A DNA stretch of 25,910 nt, taken from a virus (Duplodnaviria > Caudoviricetes). The stretch's first letter is position 1. The number at the start of each line of letters is the position of its first letter. The position numbers were made by a program, and so were the translations under genes. The notes below the pieces were generated by a model. That model saw nothing but the letters and a program-made list of their open reading frames with translations. It ran no database searches and had not been told where the DNA came from. Location of the stretch: positions 1-25,910 of IMG/VR virus record IMGVR_UViG_3300005600_000073; one strand, given 5' to 3'. Shown here in pieces: positions 25,533 through 25,910 of the stretch.

Positions 25533-25910
25533 TTATATTTCTACCCCAAAAGTATCAAAAATGTATTCTTTTGAAAGTAATTTAATGTCTTTGTCTTCTA
25601 TTTCTATCAGTTCAAAATTGTTCATTTTCAGCCACTTATACTTTTCTATGTCGCGCCCGATGCCTTTCCTATAATTCTCCCTAGATCCATTGTGAAAGAA
25701 TTCGTTATATTCAGAGTGCTGGCGACCATTCACTTCTACAGCAATGTTTTTTGTTAAATTAAGGATGTCTACCCGCATCCTACTTCCGTAAACTGGAAAC
25801 TCTTCATAAACACAATGTCCAATCCAATATTTTTTAAGAAATTGCTTGACTGAAAATTGCATTTTAGAAAGACTCTTTCCATTCCATTTTATCTTATATT
25901 TATCAACGTT
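25533..25910 (-). CDS. Vsr/DUF559-like endonuclease (5' truncated by window)
   Basis: EEFPV...RVDI...AVEVNGRQH...RDIEK..W. The frame stays open to the window edge (NVDKYKIKWNGKSLSK-MQF), so the true start may lie outside. Confidence 0.75.
   Translation of the reverse strand, partial: NVDKYKIKWNGKSLSKMQFSVKQFLKKYWIGHCVYEEFPVYGSRMRVDILNLTKNIAVEVNGRQHSEYNEFFHNGSRENYRKGIGRDIEKYKWLKMNNFELIEIEDKDIKLLSKEYIFDTFGVEI

Noticed and set aside
891-25674. Short + strand ORFs in the track (e.g. 3431-3718, 4889-5200, 13974-14360, 18579-18830) and nested minus-strand ORFs (11381-11575, 12772-12960, 16325-16540, 17617-17814)
   Set aside because: They lie antisense to, or out of frame within, well-supported genes and have shadow-ORF composition without motifs.
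1-25910. Alternative genetic code (stop-codon reassignment) as the cause of split genes and many small ORFs
   Set aside because: Long genes are intact in code 11, most ORFs end in TAA, and the split halves are kilobases apart with independent genes between them.

Overview
AT-rich, densely coding segment of a large tailed-phage genome. The left edge holds the 3' end of a + strand tail-fibre-like gene. It converges on a ~25 kb minus-strand DNA replication, recombination and modification module. From right to left this module encodes: a Vsr/DUF559-like nuclease, DnaB helicase, DnaG-type primase with a Cys-less zinc-binding domain, a PD-(D/E)XK exonuclease, an amino-methyltransferase with a coupled putative nuclease, a stand-alone DnaE PHP domain, a DEDDh exonuclease, a CX5R phosphatase, a cupin, a PHP-less DnaE core, a permuted papain-like enzyme, a Whirly/PC4-like SSB with its own promoter and terminator, two glycosyltransferase genes, a DHH phosphoesterase, an ATP-dependent ligase, a Zn-repeat homing endonuclease and a Rad52-like annealing protein. 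The most striking pattern is that two enzymes appear split into two genes with no intein: Pol III alpha (PHP | core) and a GT9 glycosyltransferase (N-lobe | C-lobe). Almost all small accessory ORFs sit in the gaps between those halves, and one of them is flanked by a perfect 20-bp direct repeat spanning start codons. Genes lack Shine-Dalgarno sequences, while the promoters match sigma70 consensus. All calls come from reading motifs by eye; no searches were run.
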